Assembly (NCBI RefSeq): GCF_009914755.1
Contig: NC_060947.1
Length of the DNA stretch: 64,000 bases
Reading direction: 5' to 3' (one strand)
DNA from: the human T2T-CHM13v2.0 reference genome, Homo sapiens
The notes under the pieces were generated by a model. That model saw nothing but the letters and a program-made list of their open reading frames with translations, did not search any database and was not told the origin of the DNA. This document shows positions 16,831 through 33,217 of the stretch, piece after piece; positions within the stretch are counted from its first letter, which is position 1; every line of letters begins with the position of its first letter. A program made the position numbers and the translations under genes.

Positions 16831-19491
16831 TATGCTTCCTACTTCCTTATGTTACAGTTGAAACCCATGTCATTGCTTTGGTGATACCCCAAGACTGGGT
16901 TAGAGTCATGTCTTATATACTCCCACAACTACTGAACTTTATTGTATTGTAATATCCATTGTATTGGTATTATAATTGTCCATGTCATTTGTTCTTTTTT
17001 GTTTTCCAACTAGAAGATAAGCTCATTAAGGACAAGGACTTTGTAAGAGTTTAGCTGATAGGAGACACAGAATAAAAATGGGTTACATAAATAAATAGAA
17101 TGTAATACAATTTAATATCAAAAGTAACTCTGACTTACTAAATGCAGAGTAGTGGCAATAAATAATTTTGTTAGGGCATCAATCCAATTAGACCTAAATT
17201 TTACCTTCTTAAAGTTTAAATCTAAAAAAGATAACTGAGAAAGATAGATAGCAATGATCTCAGCTGTCCAGATCTTTATAAAAAAAATTGTATTTTTGTT
17301 ATTAAAATGCATTTTATTATAGTTATAGATGTTAACATGAGGAAAAGCTGGGGGGATGGTATACAGGAACTCTATGCTATTTTTGCAACTCATTGAAAGC
17401 AAATCTAAAATGATCCCAAATTTAAAAGCTTTTTAAAATGATTTTGGATGCATTCTCTCCTTCTTAGGTATGTAATACCCTTCAAAAAAGGAATTTCATG
17501 AAAATGTGAGGGCAAGAGAATGAAAATCTGAATGTTTTCCAAAATAAATATTGATCATGGGTCTCAGATATATATTCTGAATGCCTAAAATATTCTCTTC
17601 ATTGCATTACTAGACATGTTATGATGAGTCTGGTCTATACAACTTTTTTTTTTGCTATAAAGATAAAAGTAAATATAGAAAATTAAGATTGTTTTGCCAT
17701 AAACTGCTTTGGTTCTCAAAAATGCTTTGATTCTCAAAATTCCATAATGCCTACAATGGCTAAAATACTATTCTTAGTTAAGAAACTGCCATATCAATTT
17801 AGTTGAAACACACTATAATTGTATCACAGTTCAGTAGTGGATTATGTGTCTTAATTACAGAAAACCCTTAAGAGAGAGAAAAATCATATGAAAAGTGAAG
17901 CCCCATGCTGAGGGTGTAAGTCATAAAAGCCAGTTAAGCAGGGAAAAGAGTCTATCTAATTTCATGTTTTAATTATATTTTAAAATATTTGTTCAGAAAA
18001 TGCCATCCTCTAACAATTAACCCTCAGTCACACAGCTGACAAATAGTTAAGACATATGACATGACATAGACCCTAACAGAGTAAGACAAAACATTCAGTA
18101 TAATTTATGACATATATAACCTAGTTATTTAAACAGATGATTATTCTGGTTCTCTTTTAGTCTGCTACAAATTCACAAGGGGCTTTTCTTATCATCTGGG
18201 GAGTCCTGTTAAGCCCCCAGAACTGAAGCCAATAGGCATCAAGTGTGTATTCATTCTAAAGTCAGCTGCTAACTTAGTGAGAGGTTGCCAGACTGGTTCA
18301 GTAACCACTACCTACCCTCAACTTATTTAGGAGAGACCCAGAGAGACAGAAAAATGAGGAGAGGTGATTTCTCAAAGTGAGAAAAAATGAGAGCATCCTG
18401 GCATTTTGTTTTCTTCCTCATAGGGACATTCTCTCCTCCTTCAAGCCAGGTCAAGGGGATAGCAAGAAAATCCTTTGAAGAGACGGGAGAAATCCTTGTC
18501 AGAAGGGAAGAAGAGCACCTCACTCTGCAGTTGGTGCTTGCTGAGCTGCACATATTCACAGGTTTGCCCTGTCTCACCAGACTAGAGTGCAAGAGGATTC
18601 TCAGGAAGACCTGATAGCAATCATAGACCTTTAAGGAGCGCCAAGACTAGTGCCAGACTGTCCTTTGGAGAGGTCTGAGAGCTGCCCCCTGAGAGCTGGG
18701 AGAGAAGGAAGCAGTGCAAGCAACTGTACTTCCTGAGATTCAGGGGCATAAGGGTGACAGGTTTCTCTGTAGGCCAAATAGATGCTGTGGGAGGTAGGTA
18801 GCCAACTCTGCTTGATTGCCTGATCCTCCACTGATGCCATGGGGGAAAATGGAACAGGGCTGGGGTAGCCTTCACATTATCACTGTAAGGGATTAAACAC
18901 TTGAATGTTAATTTCATTTTGGCTTGTGGTCTTAATCAACTGCCCTCACAACTGGCAGCTCAGCTCTCTCTAGCTTGCCTGAGCTCCTGACAGAAACTGA
19001 GGCCAATGGAGGTTAAAGAACTGGCCTAGTATTCCTAACTAGTAAATGGTGCATCCTAGATTTGAACACTGCCCATTTTCTAAAAAGTAGTCTTTACTTT
19101 CTAAGAATAATATACATGATTAGCGAAGAGTAATTAAACCCACAAGATTGAGCTCTTTCAAGCAGAGTTCACAAAATGGTCAACTTCAGCAGAAGACTTG
19201 TTACTCATTGCAAATAATACAAAGGGTTCCGGTATTAATTTCCAATCTGACCTCTCCTGAAGCCACGTATGTGGTTAAGGGAAATAACTTTCTTCTGGTT
19301 CTACAAACCCTAGAAAATTCCTATTAACTTTATTTCTAGATTTGCTTCCCTCTAATGGTTCTGAAAAATGTTCGTTGCTCTTTTTACCTGAAAAGAATTC
19401 TCTCACTATTCTGAACCATGGTAGTTTTTTATTTTGAAGATGGGAATCACATTATATTTGGTGTTAACTTTATACCTGATATATTCAGTAG

Positions 19492-19898
<407 letters not shown>

Positions 19899-20395
19899 CT
19901 ACCCTTTTACTTTTTACCTTTCTGTATCTTACTCTTTAAAATATGTCTCTTGAATGCAGCACAGACACATGAAGAAATGCACAAATAAAACCAACAAATT
20001 GTTTCTTTTACCTGGAATGTTCAGTCCCTTTTCATTTAATGTAATTACTGATATAGTTGAACTTACAGCGACCATCTTACTGTTTGTTTTCTATTTGGCC
20101 TATCTAGTTCCTTATTTCCTCTTTACTTGCCTTCTTTTCAACTAATTATATTTTTTCTACTTTTTCCTTACATTGATGTTTTGTTAATAATTATTTGTTA
20201 AGGTAAATTTACTAAAACAAAATGCACAGATTTTTAAGATATAGTTTGATAATTTTTGACAAATGTACACATTTGGGTAACCACCACCCCAATCAAGATA
20301 TAGAACATTTCTATCATTCCAGAAAGTTTCCATGACCCCTTCTAGTTAACACCTCCCCCAGTCATACATTTGTTCTAGAACTTCATATAAATGGA

Positions 20396-20838
20396 TGTCA
20401 TGCTGGACCCCTACACACTCCAATAAGGAGAGCACCAGGTTTGAGAGGCCAAAGAAGAGACCCAGAGCTAGCAAATGAGCCATAGGGTTTTTTGAGGCAA
20501 ACTTACATACAGGGTGGTCCAGTGGCAGCAGACTGGACAGGAGAACTGCCACTGCCTACAGAAAGCATGCAGTTTATATAGTGTTTTCACTTAACACCCT
20601 CCCCCTAACAACCCTTGCCCGAAAACCTTCATTTAATCCAAAATAAAGGGTTTCAATCCCTTGTGCACCCACTTTCCACAGGACAGGGGCTGGAGGCTCA
20701 GATGTTCCTCATAGATAAGAAATGAATCTTTGGGTTGGCCACACTGGGACCTCCAAACACACATTTGGGTTTATCTGCCATACAGAGCCATTCTTGGGGT
20801 ACGCTTAACTTATTGCTGTCAGGTGCATCTATCATACA
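20396..20838 (-). mobile_element. Solo LTR, ERVL-type (resembles LTR47)
   Basis: ~440-bp GC-richer insert with TG...CA ends, interrupting an old L1. Minus strand begins TGTATGATAGATGCACCTGACAGCAATAAG. Family name is from memory. Confidence 0.5.
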
Positions 20839-23800
20839 CAAGTATGTCTACCATACAATGGAAACATAAAGTATTTACTCTTTTACGGTTTTTTTTACAC
20901 ATTATGTTTATGAGATTAATCCATGTCTTTGTTCTATTTCTAACTAGTATTCCATGGTAGGAATATAAATTCCACAACCTATTTATTCTGCTATTAAAGG
21001 ACATTTAGGTTGTTTCCTTCAGAGGCTATTACATATAAAACTATCACAAACATTAGTGTACAGGTGTTTCTGTGGACAAATATTTTCATTTATTTTAAGC
21101 AACTACTTAGGAGTGCTAAGTCACAGAGGTTTCTATTAACTTTTGGTGTTTGACTTACAGATCACAAAACACATATTTGGCTTATCACGTCATAATACCT
21201 ATTATTTTTTCATTTTCCTGATACTTCTAGAACGTAGTAACTTAAAATCTATTTGCTGTCCTAAATTCTTTTTGAGTGTTGTTATGCATTTTAGTTCCGC
21301 AAATAAAGTCAAGACATGGCAATTATTGTCTTGTACAGAAATTATTTATATTTACATACTACATGTATTTTCATATGTTGTTCATTACCTCCTGCATTTC
21401 CATGTTCTGTCCAAATATTTCTTGTAGAGGAGGACTGCTGGAAAGGAATTCCCTTGGTCTTTGTCTGAAAATGTCTTTATCGTTTCCTTATTTTTGAAGC
21501 AAATTTTTGCTAGGCATAGAATTCTAGGCTATTTTTTATAAGCAGTTTTAAAGATATTAATACCACTGCATTTGGGATTTGTTTCTGACAAGACATCAGC
21601 TGTCAGTTACATTGTTGCTTCTTTGAAGGCAATCTTCTCCAACCACTTTAAGATCTTCTCAATGACTTTGCCTTTGTTTATCTGATTTTCCATGAAGTGC
21701 GTGTGCTTTCTTCTTTTTTTTCCTACTTGGGGTTTTGTGAACTTGAGTCTCTGGGTTGATGTCGTTCATCAGTTTTAAACAAATTATCGGTTATTACCTT
21801 TTCAAATAATGCTTTAGCCTTATTCTCTTTCTCCTTTTCCTCTGGGGCTTCAATTGTGTGTATGTCTCACATGTCTATTATATGCTAGTCTTTTTCCCAC
21901 TTTGTTTTCCCTCTCTGTGTTTCTGTTTAAGTATTTTATATTGATCTATATCTCAGTTTACTAATTCTGGATTCTGCTATGTGCCCTCTCCAGCTAAACT
22001 CATTCATTGTTTTTAATTTCAGATATTGCATTTTTTAGTTCCAAACTTTCTGATTCTTATTTAAACATTCCGATGGTTTTCAATTTTCCATCCTTTCATC
22101 TTTTGTCCTCTCTATTTTGAACATATCATTTAACATATTATAATTATCTGCTAACATTAATATCTGTCATATCTGTGGATCTGCATTTTTCTCTTGATTT
22201 TCATTGTCTTTCATCTTTACATATCTAGATATTATTATATTGTGTGCCAGGCACTGTATATAGAAGAACCATAGATGTTCCAGATAATTTTATCTTCCAC
22301 CAGAGAGGATTTCCCTTTTACTCCATTAGGCAATAAGAGTGAGTGGTTAATCAACTCAATCCAATCAGAATTTGTGCTTAATCAGAAATATCCTGCAAGT
22401 TTAGTAAGATTCAAGCTATCTCTGGTATGTTCATCTTCCTAAATCCTGAAGGCTATACATTGCCTTAGCCCTGGAAGTTAACAGAGACAGTTCTGTCCTT
22501 CAAAAGTTTTCAGCTTAGCTCTTTAGCCTCCTACTTCATTCAGTTTCAAAACTTGGCAAATGTCTTGAAAGGGAAACCAGCCATGTGTTTTAAGTAGAGC
22601 TCCTCCCTGGCAGCACTGTACAATTTAAAGAAATTTCAATCTGCCTTTTAGAAGTTTTGGGGCTAGCTCTCCCATTTCTTGTGTAACCACAGAACTATGA
22701 AAATATTCCAAGATGAAAACTGTTTGTGCATTTAAGCCTCCTCCATATTTTAATCTGTCATGACAGCACCATACAGCTGCTAAAAGGTTGCTGACTTCTG
22801 TCCCCAAGCAGAAGCCCTTTCCTTGGACTAAGCCTGTTTCACAGCCTGTCCCTAGAGAAACAAAGAGTGTACCGTTATTAAGTTACTTTGGAATAATTCT
22901 CCCTTTTCTGTAATTTTAGCTCATCTAGACCTTATTTCCACAGCTCTCCATTGCCTTTAAGATGATTTCTGTAATGTATCCAGTTTTGTCTAGTGGGAGA
23001 GTATGCCTGTAGCAACCTATTTTATTTCACTCTTAAGTGAAAGTCATTTTTTCAATGTAATTTTAATCTGCATTTCACTTGAGTGAAGTTGCACATGTTA
23101 AGAGTTCACTTGCATTTCTTTTTCTGTTAACTATTTTTAAGTTTCCTTGCCGCTTTTTCTATTGACTCTTTTCATTTTCAAGACATTTTCTCTGTATTAT
23201 CGAGATTAGTTCTCTGAGACAGGAGTCACAAATAATGTTTTTCCAGTGTGTATCTTGTCTTTTAACTTATGTTGTTGTTTTTTAATTGAAGATGTTTTGG
23301 CTTTTTGTATGTGACTGAATTTCATGGCTTCTGACTTTTGTGACATAGATTGATGAGTCTTCCCTACTCTAAGTTAGTAAGAAAATTATCCCTTGCTTTC
23401 ATCTAATATTTTTGTTTCTTTTTTTTACATTTGAAATTTTGTTCTATTTCAAATTGATCATGCTGATAGGCACATCCCTTCCTTTCTCCCCAGATGGCTA
23501 CTTAGATTTCCTAAGATCATCTTTTCCTCACTAAAGTGGAATGTCATCATTATCATATGCTAAATTCTCATGTGTATCTGATCCTATTTCTGAACTTTCT
23601 ATTCTATTGTAGCAGGTGTCTATTTGCACACTAGAAACAAACTTTTATTGATATTATATATTTTAATATCCAGCACAGTGGATCTCTATTCCCCACATGC
23701 TTTTCTTTTTCAGAGTTTTCATAGCTTTTCTGGCTTGCAAATTTTTCCACAGAATTTTAGAATCAGCTTGATTTGTGCCTTAGACAGCTTATTGGTATTT

Positions 23801-24421
23801 TTATCAGGAGTGAGTTAAATCTGTAAACTAACATAGAGAGAATTGACAGTGACGTTTAGTTTTCCTATCCAAGGATATGATATATATTACTATTTTAAAG
23901 CCATTTTTTGAAATCTTTTAGTATTATTTAAATGGCTTTTTTCATTCAGATCTTACACATTTCTTGTGATTAGTACATTTTAGTTGTTAATGTAATTATA
24001 TTTGCTTTCTTATATAGTCTCATTTTGAAGACAACAGATTGGAATGAACTTTTCAATACCTGAAAATGAGATTGCTCTTCAGTACCTAAAAGTACCAAAG
24101 AAGCCACAGTGATGAACCAGAATTACTATCTGAGGGTAAAGAACGAAGGCTGCTCTCATTGAGGTCAGCCCATTTAATACAAATTGTTTTCACAAAGTGG
24201 GATAGATTTATTGAAGGATTTCAAACTATTCTTCCAAAATCCTCTATATAATTAATCCAAAATAAAAACCTGTGAGTACTCCTTGACTACTCCTGCTCCT
24301 TCCACTGACCATCTCATGGTTTTTAACTAATGATGAGCACCAAAATCACACTTGTAGCTTTAAAAAATACATATAGCTAGGCCTTACTCTTGATGATTCT
24401 AGTTCAGATATAAAGCAAGTC

Positions 24422-26957
<2,536 letters not shown>

Positions 26958-27689
26958 TTATATACATGTCTTTGTGTACATGTACATACACACATATTTA
27001 GCTCCAGTGATTCTGGTTCCCCACCCTTTAAGAACCATTAATAAAAGAAAAACTAAGTCCAACTGACAATATATCCTAAATATCTCTGCAATACACTTCA
27101 TCCTTACCTTTGCAAATTTAAATCAATACTTCATCACCTCACATCTAGACCACTCTAGCAATACCCTCATTCCAGAATCTACTTTGCCTCTTACTGTCCT
27201 GCCTCCAAACAGCTGACATGGTCACCTATGTAAAAAAGCTGACCATGCCACGTGCCGACATAAATTCCTTCAAGATTCCCCATGTGCGGTGCCTAAATAT
27301 TTATCCGCTGATGGATGCCCATCCATACCTTTCCACTAGTGTGTTGCACAATGAGACTGAGAAAAATAAAGACAATGTGATTTTTCCATGAAACCAAATG
27401 TATTCACTTTAAATTATCTGTATTCTATGATTACACATTTAGTATCACTATATTCTTTGTTTTATGAAATCATGGTGGCAGGGGTAACATTTTTTAATGT
27501 CCTGACCTGGCAAAACAAAAAGGTTGTGAACTTTATGTTAGTCTCCACAGTGTTTAAAATGACACTTGCCAATGTGATCAAAAATTCTGGGAACCACTGA
27601 CTGCAGAATGAAGTACAAGCTCCTTAATGGACCCTCATCTCTGACACAAAGACTAGCCCCTTACTTTCTTAAAACTGTAATACATTTCA

Positions 27690-28445
27690 TTCATTCATGT
27701 TTTCTTGAAAAAATTACACTAATATTAGTTTACCACCCACTATGTGCAAAGCATTATGTTAGATGGGATACAAAGATGATCAAGACAGAAAATGGGCTCC
27801 GCCTAAAAGGAAGTTAGAGTACTAGGGGTTTTACCTTTTGGAGTCAACAAGCCATGATTTCAAATTGGTGTTAACTATATGACCTGTCTATAATTATTAT
27901 TAGCTATTAAATTATACCTGTGAACACTGCAAAGAAATGAATCAAGAGCTGAGAGGTGAGAAATGAATGGGTATAAAACTAGGTGAATGGGAAAGTAGGA
28001 TTGAAGAGAAAGCAGTATAAGCAATGGAAACTGCCTGTCCAGAGTTTGAGGTAGGAGGCAAATCGCTGGTGCTTGAACTGAAAGGATGTCAGAGACTACA
28101 GCCCACAGAGATGGGGAACGGAATCTTAGCTAGACTCATGAGGTAGGCTAGATGACACCATACCTTGCTTGCCACATAGGGAATTTGATCTTCATTCTAA
28201 AAGTAATGGGAAGTCATTGAATGAACACTGAAACAGTGGAAAGATGATGAATAGTTTTTCAGCAGTGGATGATCAGACTTGTGCTTTGACAAGACAACTG
28301 TGGCAGCAGTCTGTAGAACAAAACCGGAAGGAAGCAAGAGTAAAAACAAGGAGACAAGTTGGGAAGCTGCTGAAATAGTCCAGGTTAGAAATAATGGTAG
28401 CATGAAATAGGGAGTAGCAACGAAGATGAGGAAAACTCAAAAAAA
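27690..28445. mobile_element. L2 LINE fragments
   Basis: CATTCATTCA end motif and GTAATGGGAAGTCATTGAA...AATAGTCCAGGTTAGAAATAATGGT. Confidence 0.55.
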
Positions 28446-28602
28446 ATTAAAAGATATTTAGGAGAACAGACTGACCACTAACAATCATGTTTACAGTCCC
28501 CTGGAAACATCATGGTGTTTCATTTTTTGTTGCCTTTAGAATGACCTACCCTCCTTCTTCCAACATACACTTGATTTTCTAATTTCTAAAAGTAATGAAT
28601 GT

Positions 28603-29030
28603 TGTACTAGTTTCCTAGGGCTACTGTAATAAAATACCAAAAACTGGGTGGCTTAAAACAACAGAAATTTATTGTTCCTCAGTTCTGGAGGCTAAAAGTC
28701 TGAAATCAAGGTGTTGGCAGAGCCAGGCTCCCTCTGAAACCTTTCTTACCTCTTCCTACCTTCTGGTGATTTGCAGGCAATATTTGGCTTGCAGCTACAT
28801 AACTCCAGCCCCTGCCTTGTCATGAGCATTTTCCCTGTGTCTCTGTATTAACGTGGCCATCTTCTTAAAAGGACACCGTGAGTCACTGGAATGCAGCCCA
28901 CCCTACTCCAGTATGACCTCATCTCAACCACATCTGCAACAACCCTATTTCTAAACAAGGCCACATTCTGAAGTACCAGGAGTTAGAACCTCAGCATATC
29001 TTTTTGGGGGGACATAATTCAACCCATAAA
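28603..29030. mobile_element. MaLR solo LTR (MLT1-type)
   Basis: TGTACTAGTTTCCTAGGGCT...GGCTTAAAACAACAGAAATTTATT...AATTCAACCCATAA. Confidence 0.8.
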
Positions 29031-29892
29031 TAAATGCCTACACAAAAAACTGTAGTAGTAGCAAACAGTAAAATGTGAAGTCTCCCTCTCTATCTTCACG
29101 CCTAAGCCAATTAATACAGGGTATTCAACTGGCCATAGATATTAGTTCAGGATTGAATGTGTGAATGAATGTGGGGCAGTAAGACATGAGGGAAGATTTT
29201 CCTTTGGAAAAGAAGGTTCCTCACTCTTCCATAAAGCTCTCTTCTGGATGGAGTGGTGTGCAGATGTGTATCTTGGAAGTGTTTCAGCCCTTCCATAACA
29301 TGTGGGGGGCCAACTTTAGGAGGAAGCTGACAATCTCCTTAATATCCTGCTAAGCTGCTGAATCAAACTGACTCAAGCTTGAATGCTTTCCACTGGTTAC
29401 AACAACCATTATATGTCTTTCATGTGTAAATTTGTTTTGAGTTGGGTTTTCTTTTAGTGTAAGTCTTAATGAATAAAGGATATTAGGCATTGTACAATCA
29501 TCATCTTCCCATTGCTTCTGCGTTCAGAGTAATTTCTCATTTAGGAATTAAAGAAAACATATCCTTCCTTCCACAATGATTATTTACATAAGGCATGAAC
29601 AATAACCTAAATGGTAAAATGTAAAAAAAGAAAAAGATTAAGTTCATGTATCTTTTCATTTTCCTTTCATCACCAAAGATGCTGGAACACAGATGATGCA
29701 GGGAAATACTTTTGTACAAAATTTCTATCAATGAAAGCACAACACCAGCAAAGATGGATTACCTTGTATTTATCCATTGAAAGAACACATCGGATGGTGA
29801 GGACTTTTTGGAATGACAACAAAGCTCTATTTGAATACTTGAATTTTCCCCAAAACAAAAGCCCTGACTTTGAAGAGGGTTACTTATTACCT

Positions 29893-30052
29893 TGAGTCTC
29901 AAAGTGTGGCCCATGAACCAGCAGAATCTGCATCGACTGAGAGCTTGTTAGAAATGCAGTCTCAGGCACCACCCTAGACTTACGGAATCACAAAGTAGAG
30001 TTCAACAAGATCTCCAGGTGATAGTATGTATGTTAAAGTTTGAGAAGCACTA
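29893..30052. mobile_element. MER5A-like MITE
   Basis: TCTCAAAGTGTGG...CTTGTTAGAAATGCA...AAAGTTTGAGAAGCACT. Confidence 0.75.
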
Positions 30053-30183
30053 GCTTACTACATTGTTAAGACAATGATGCTACTAAAAATGAAAAATCTG
30101 TGAAGCCCTGCGCCCTGAAATGGTCAAGCTGATTGTACAGCAGTGGCTCTTAACCCTGGCTGTACATTAGAATCACCTGGGGA

Positions 30184-30542
<359 letters not shown>

Positions 30543-30668
30543 TCACCTGGGGAGCTTTTAAACTGATGCCAAGGCTCAAGGCAAAACCCCCCTAAACCAC
30601 ATGGATCAAGATCTTTCTTTGAGGTGGGGCATAAGATCAGAAAAACATTTTAAGAAGCCCTTGGGTGA

Positions 30669-31937
30669 TTTTTTTTTTAATTAAAATACTGAGTTTTATT
30701 TCACATGTATATTTCTGTCTCCCCACCATTTCCATGTCTGACCACCGCTACTACTATGTCATATCATAACATTCCATACATACTTAAAACAAGAAAGGGT
30801 GGAGTTCCATCTTTAAAAACTAAACAGACATGTTGGACAACACATTCTTCACAATGGAACCTGGACAACATTTATCAAACACGGAAGGGAAAGTTCTCAC
30901 TCTGCATTATAAAAAGGACAGCCAGATATCAACTGTTATGGAAATGAAATAAGATGGAAAATTTTTAATAAATTGTTTAAACTATTTTCTTAAAGAGACT
31001 TCCTCCACTGCCAGAGATCTTGAATAGCCTCCTGGTCAGTCACCCAGAAGCAATTCTTCACATAACTGATGAACTTGGCTTCCCTTTGGGAAGAGAACCA
31101 CCTTTTTCTATGCTTGCTTGCATTTTTGCTTTAACGTCTTCTACAGAACTAGGTCCCTTTGGTGTTTTAGGAGTTTTTTCCTGTTTTTTGAAGGATTCTT
31201 GTCCTTTTTATCTTGGTGTTGATGATGGTTTTGAGTCTTTTCCATTCTGATTTGACTTGTGTGCATTTTTGGCTGTAGTATCTTGTATAGATTTCTTCAC
31301 TGGTGCTTTTTCTTCAGTTTCCTCATCATCAAAATCATCATCATCATCATCATCTTCATCAGCAACAAGTTTTACCTTTTTCTGTGGAAACTTGCTACCA
31401 CTTCCAGGGACCAACTGCTTTCCAGATATACTTAAGAGTTTCACATTCTCCTCCTCTTCATCTTCTGACTCTGCATCTTCCTCCACAGCTACTAAGTGCT
31501 GTCCACTAATATGCACTGGCCCTGAATCACACTTCAACTGTAAGAGCGCTGGTGGTGTTATTTCAAAGCCCCCAAGGGAAAGCTTTGGCTGTACAGACAT
31601 TTTCAAAGTTGCCAGTGTTAACTTTAATTGGACTGCCTTTGTAATTCATTGCCTCTTCTTCAACAATGTGCAGTTCATCCTTTGCACCAGTCCCTAAACA
31701 GACCGTTCTTAAAGATAACTGGTCTCATTTTCATCATTATCCACCTTAAAGTGATCATCTTTATTGGCCTTTAGTTCACAACCGAAAAGTTAGTTCTGGG
31801 GCCTCAGGGGGCTCATGTCCATGTCCATCGAATCTTCCATCAGGTGGCTACATGCACTTAGGTGGGAGAGAAGGTGGACAGAGATAAACGACCCCAGCTC
31901 AAGAGAAGAGCCGCGCAGGACAGAATCACACCTGGGC
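30669..31937 (-). pseudogene. NPM1P9: Processed nucleophosmin (NPM1) pseudogene, probably NPM1P9
   Basis: Intronless copy with 5'UTR, MEDSMDMDMSPLRPQN from ATG 31840, acidic tracts, ...DLWQWRKSL* ending 30990, 3'UTR, AATAAA (30700-30695) and A-tail. TSD core GGGTGATT at 30663 and 31938. Stops at codon 17 (31792-31790) and at 31208, plus a 1-nt deletion near 31713. The P9 number is from memory of the locus. Confidence 0.93.
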
Positions 31938-31982
31938 GGGTGATTCTTATATACAACTGTGGCTGAGAATTATTAGTGTAGA

Positions 31983-32169
31983 GCAGCAGTTCTCAAACTT
32001 GAGTGTGTATCAGAATAACCTAGAGGGCTTGTTAAGATACAGATTACCATGCCCAACTCTCAATTTCTGATTTAGCAGGTTTCGGGTAGGGCCCAAGAAT
32101 TAGCATTTCTAATAAATTCTCAGATGTTACTGATGCTGTTCCTCCAGGACCACACTTTGAGAACCACTG
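31983..32169. mobile_element. MER5A MITE
   Basis: GCAGCAGTTCTCAAACTTGAG...GGACCACACTTTGAGAACCACTG inverted termini. Confidence 0.85.
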
Positions 32170-32243
32170 ATGTAGAGAAAAAAAAGTGACTGAACTGGAA
32201 ACTCAAAAGGCTGCCCAGGGTCTCTCAAAGGCAAAATAATTCA

Positions 32244-32950
32244 TTACCTCACACCCGTTAGGATGGCCACTATCAAAAGAACAGAAAATAACAAGTGTTA
32301 GGAAGGATGCAGAGAAATTGGAATCCTTGTACACTGTTGGTGGGAATGTAAAATAGTGCAGTTATTATTAAAAATAGTACAGAGGTTTCTCAAAAAATTG
32401 AAAATAAAATTACCATATGATCTAGCAATCTCACTTCTGTGTATATATCCAAAAGAACTGAAAATAGGATCTCAAACAATTATTTGCACACCCACGTTTA
32501 TTGCAGTATTATTCACAACAGCCAAGAAGTGGAAGCAACCTAGATGTCTAACAGATGGACAGATAAACAAAATGTGATATATGTATACAATGGAATACTA
32601 TGCAGCTTTAAACAGAAGGAAATAGTGTCACAAGCTATGACACGAATGAACCTCAAGGACATTATGCTAAGTAAAATAAGCCAGGTACAAAAATATAAAT
32701 ACTCTATGATTCCACTCACATGAAGTATCTAAAGTAGTCAAAATCATAGAAAGTAGAAAGGTGGTTGCCAAGAGCTGGTGGAAGAGAGAGAGGAAATTAA
32801 CGCTCAATGGGTATAGAGTTTCAGTTTTGCAAGATGAAAAAGTTCTAGAGATCTGCTATACAACAACATGAATATATTTAACACTATTGAACTATATGCT
32901 TAAAAATTGTTAGGATGATAAATGTAATGTTTTTTCAACTACAACAAATA
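32244..32950 (+). mobile_element. Old L1 3' end (L1MA/L1MB-like)
   Basis: ORF 32356-32577 resembles the ORF2p C-terminus ([18 protein letters not shown]). L1M-type 3'UTR follows. Confidence 0.8.
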
Positions 32951-33154
32951 AATAGGGCAAAATAATTGAGGTAATCGATTTTTAAAAGCTATTTGCTTTA
33001 ATGTACATGCATATGTTATTTAAATTTTTACAACAAATCTTATTTCTAAAAAGCTTTAAAGATAATTATTTTACAGTTCCGCAATAAAATAAACCAATTT
33101 TTCAACCAAGAAATACTTCAAAATCATGATTTAAATATTTTAGACCCCTTTTTG

Positions 33155-33217
33155 CTATTCAAAGTGCTTTGGTTTGAACTTTTTTCTCTGTGTAGACATT
33201 TTTCTCTGAGATTCTCT
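33155..33217 (-). CDS. FANCB: Candidate alternative terminal coding exon of FANCB (RESQRKMSTQRKKFKPKHFE*)
   Basis: Acceptor TGTTTTACCTCATCATTCAG| (AG at 33219-33218) is followed by 20 codons and TAG. It is in phase with the internal donor after 40179. Downstream are ATTAAA (33002-32997) and AATAAA (32502-32497). Inferred from sequence only. Confidence 0.55.
   Translation of the reverse strand, partial: RESQRKMSTQRKKFKPKHFE

Noticed and set aside
18323-18917. Cluster of short ORFs in GC-richer unique sequence
   Set aside because: No recognisable domain and no convincing donor/acceptor pair. It could be regulatory or a non-coding exon, but that is unsupported from sequence alone.
31257-31697. 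146-aa Ser-rich and 68-aa His-rich plus-strand ORFs
   Set aside because: Antisense shadows of the NPM1 GAT/GAA acidic tracts.
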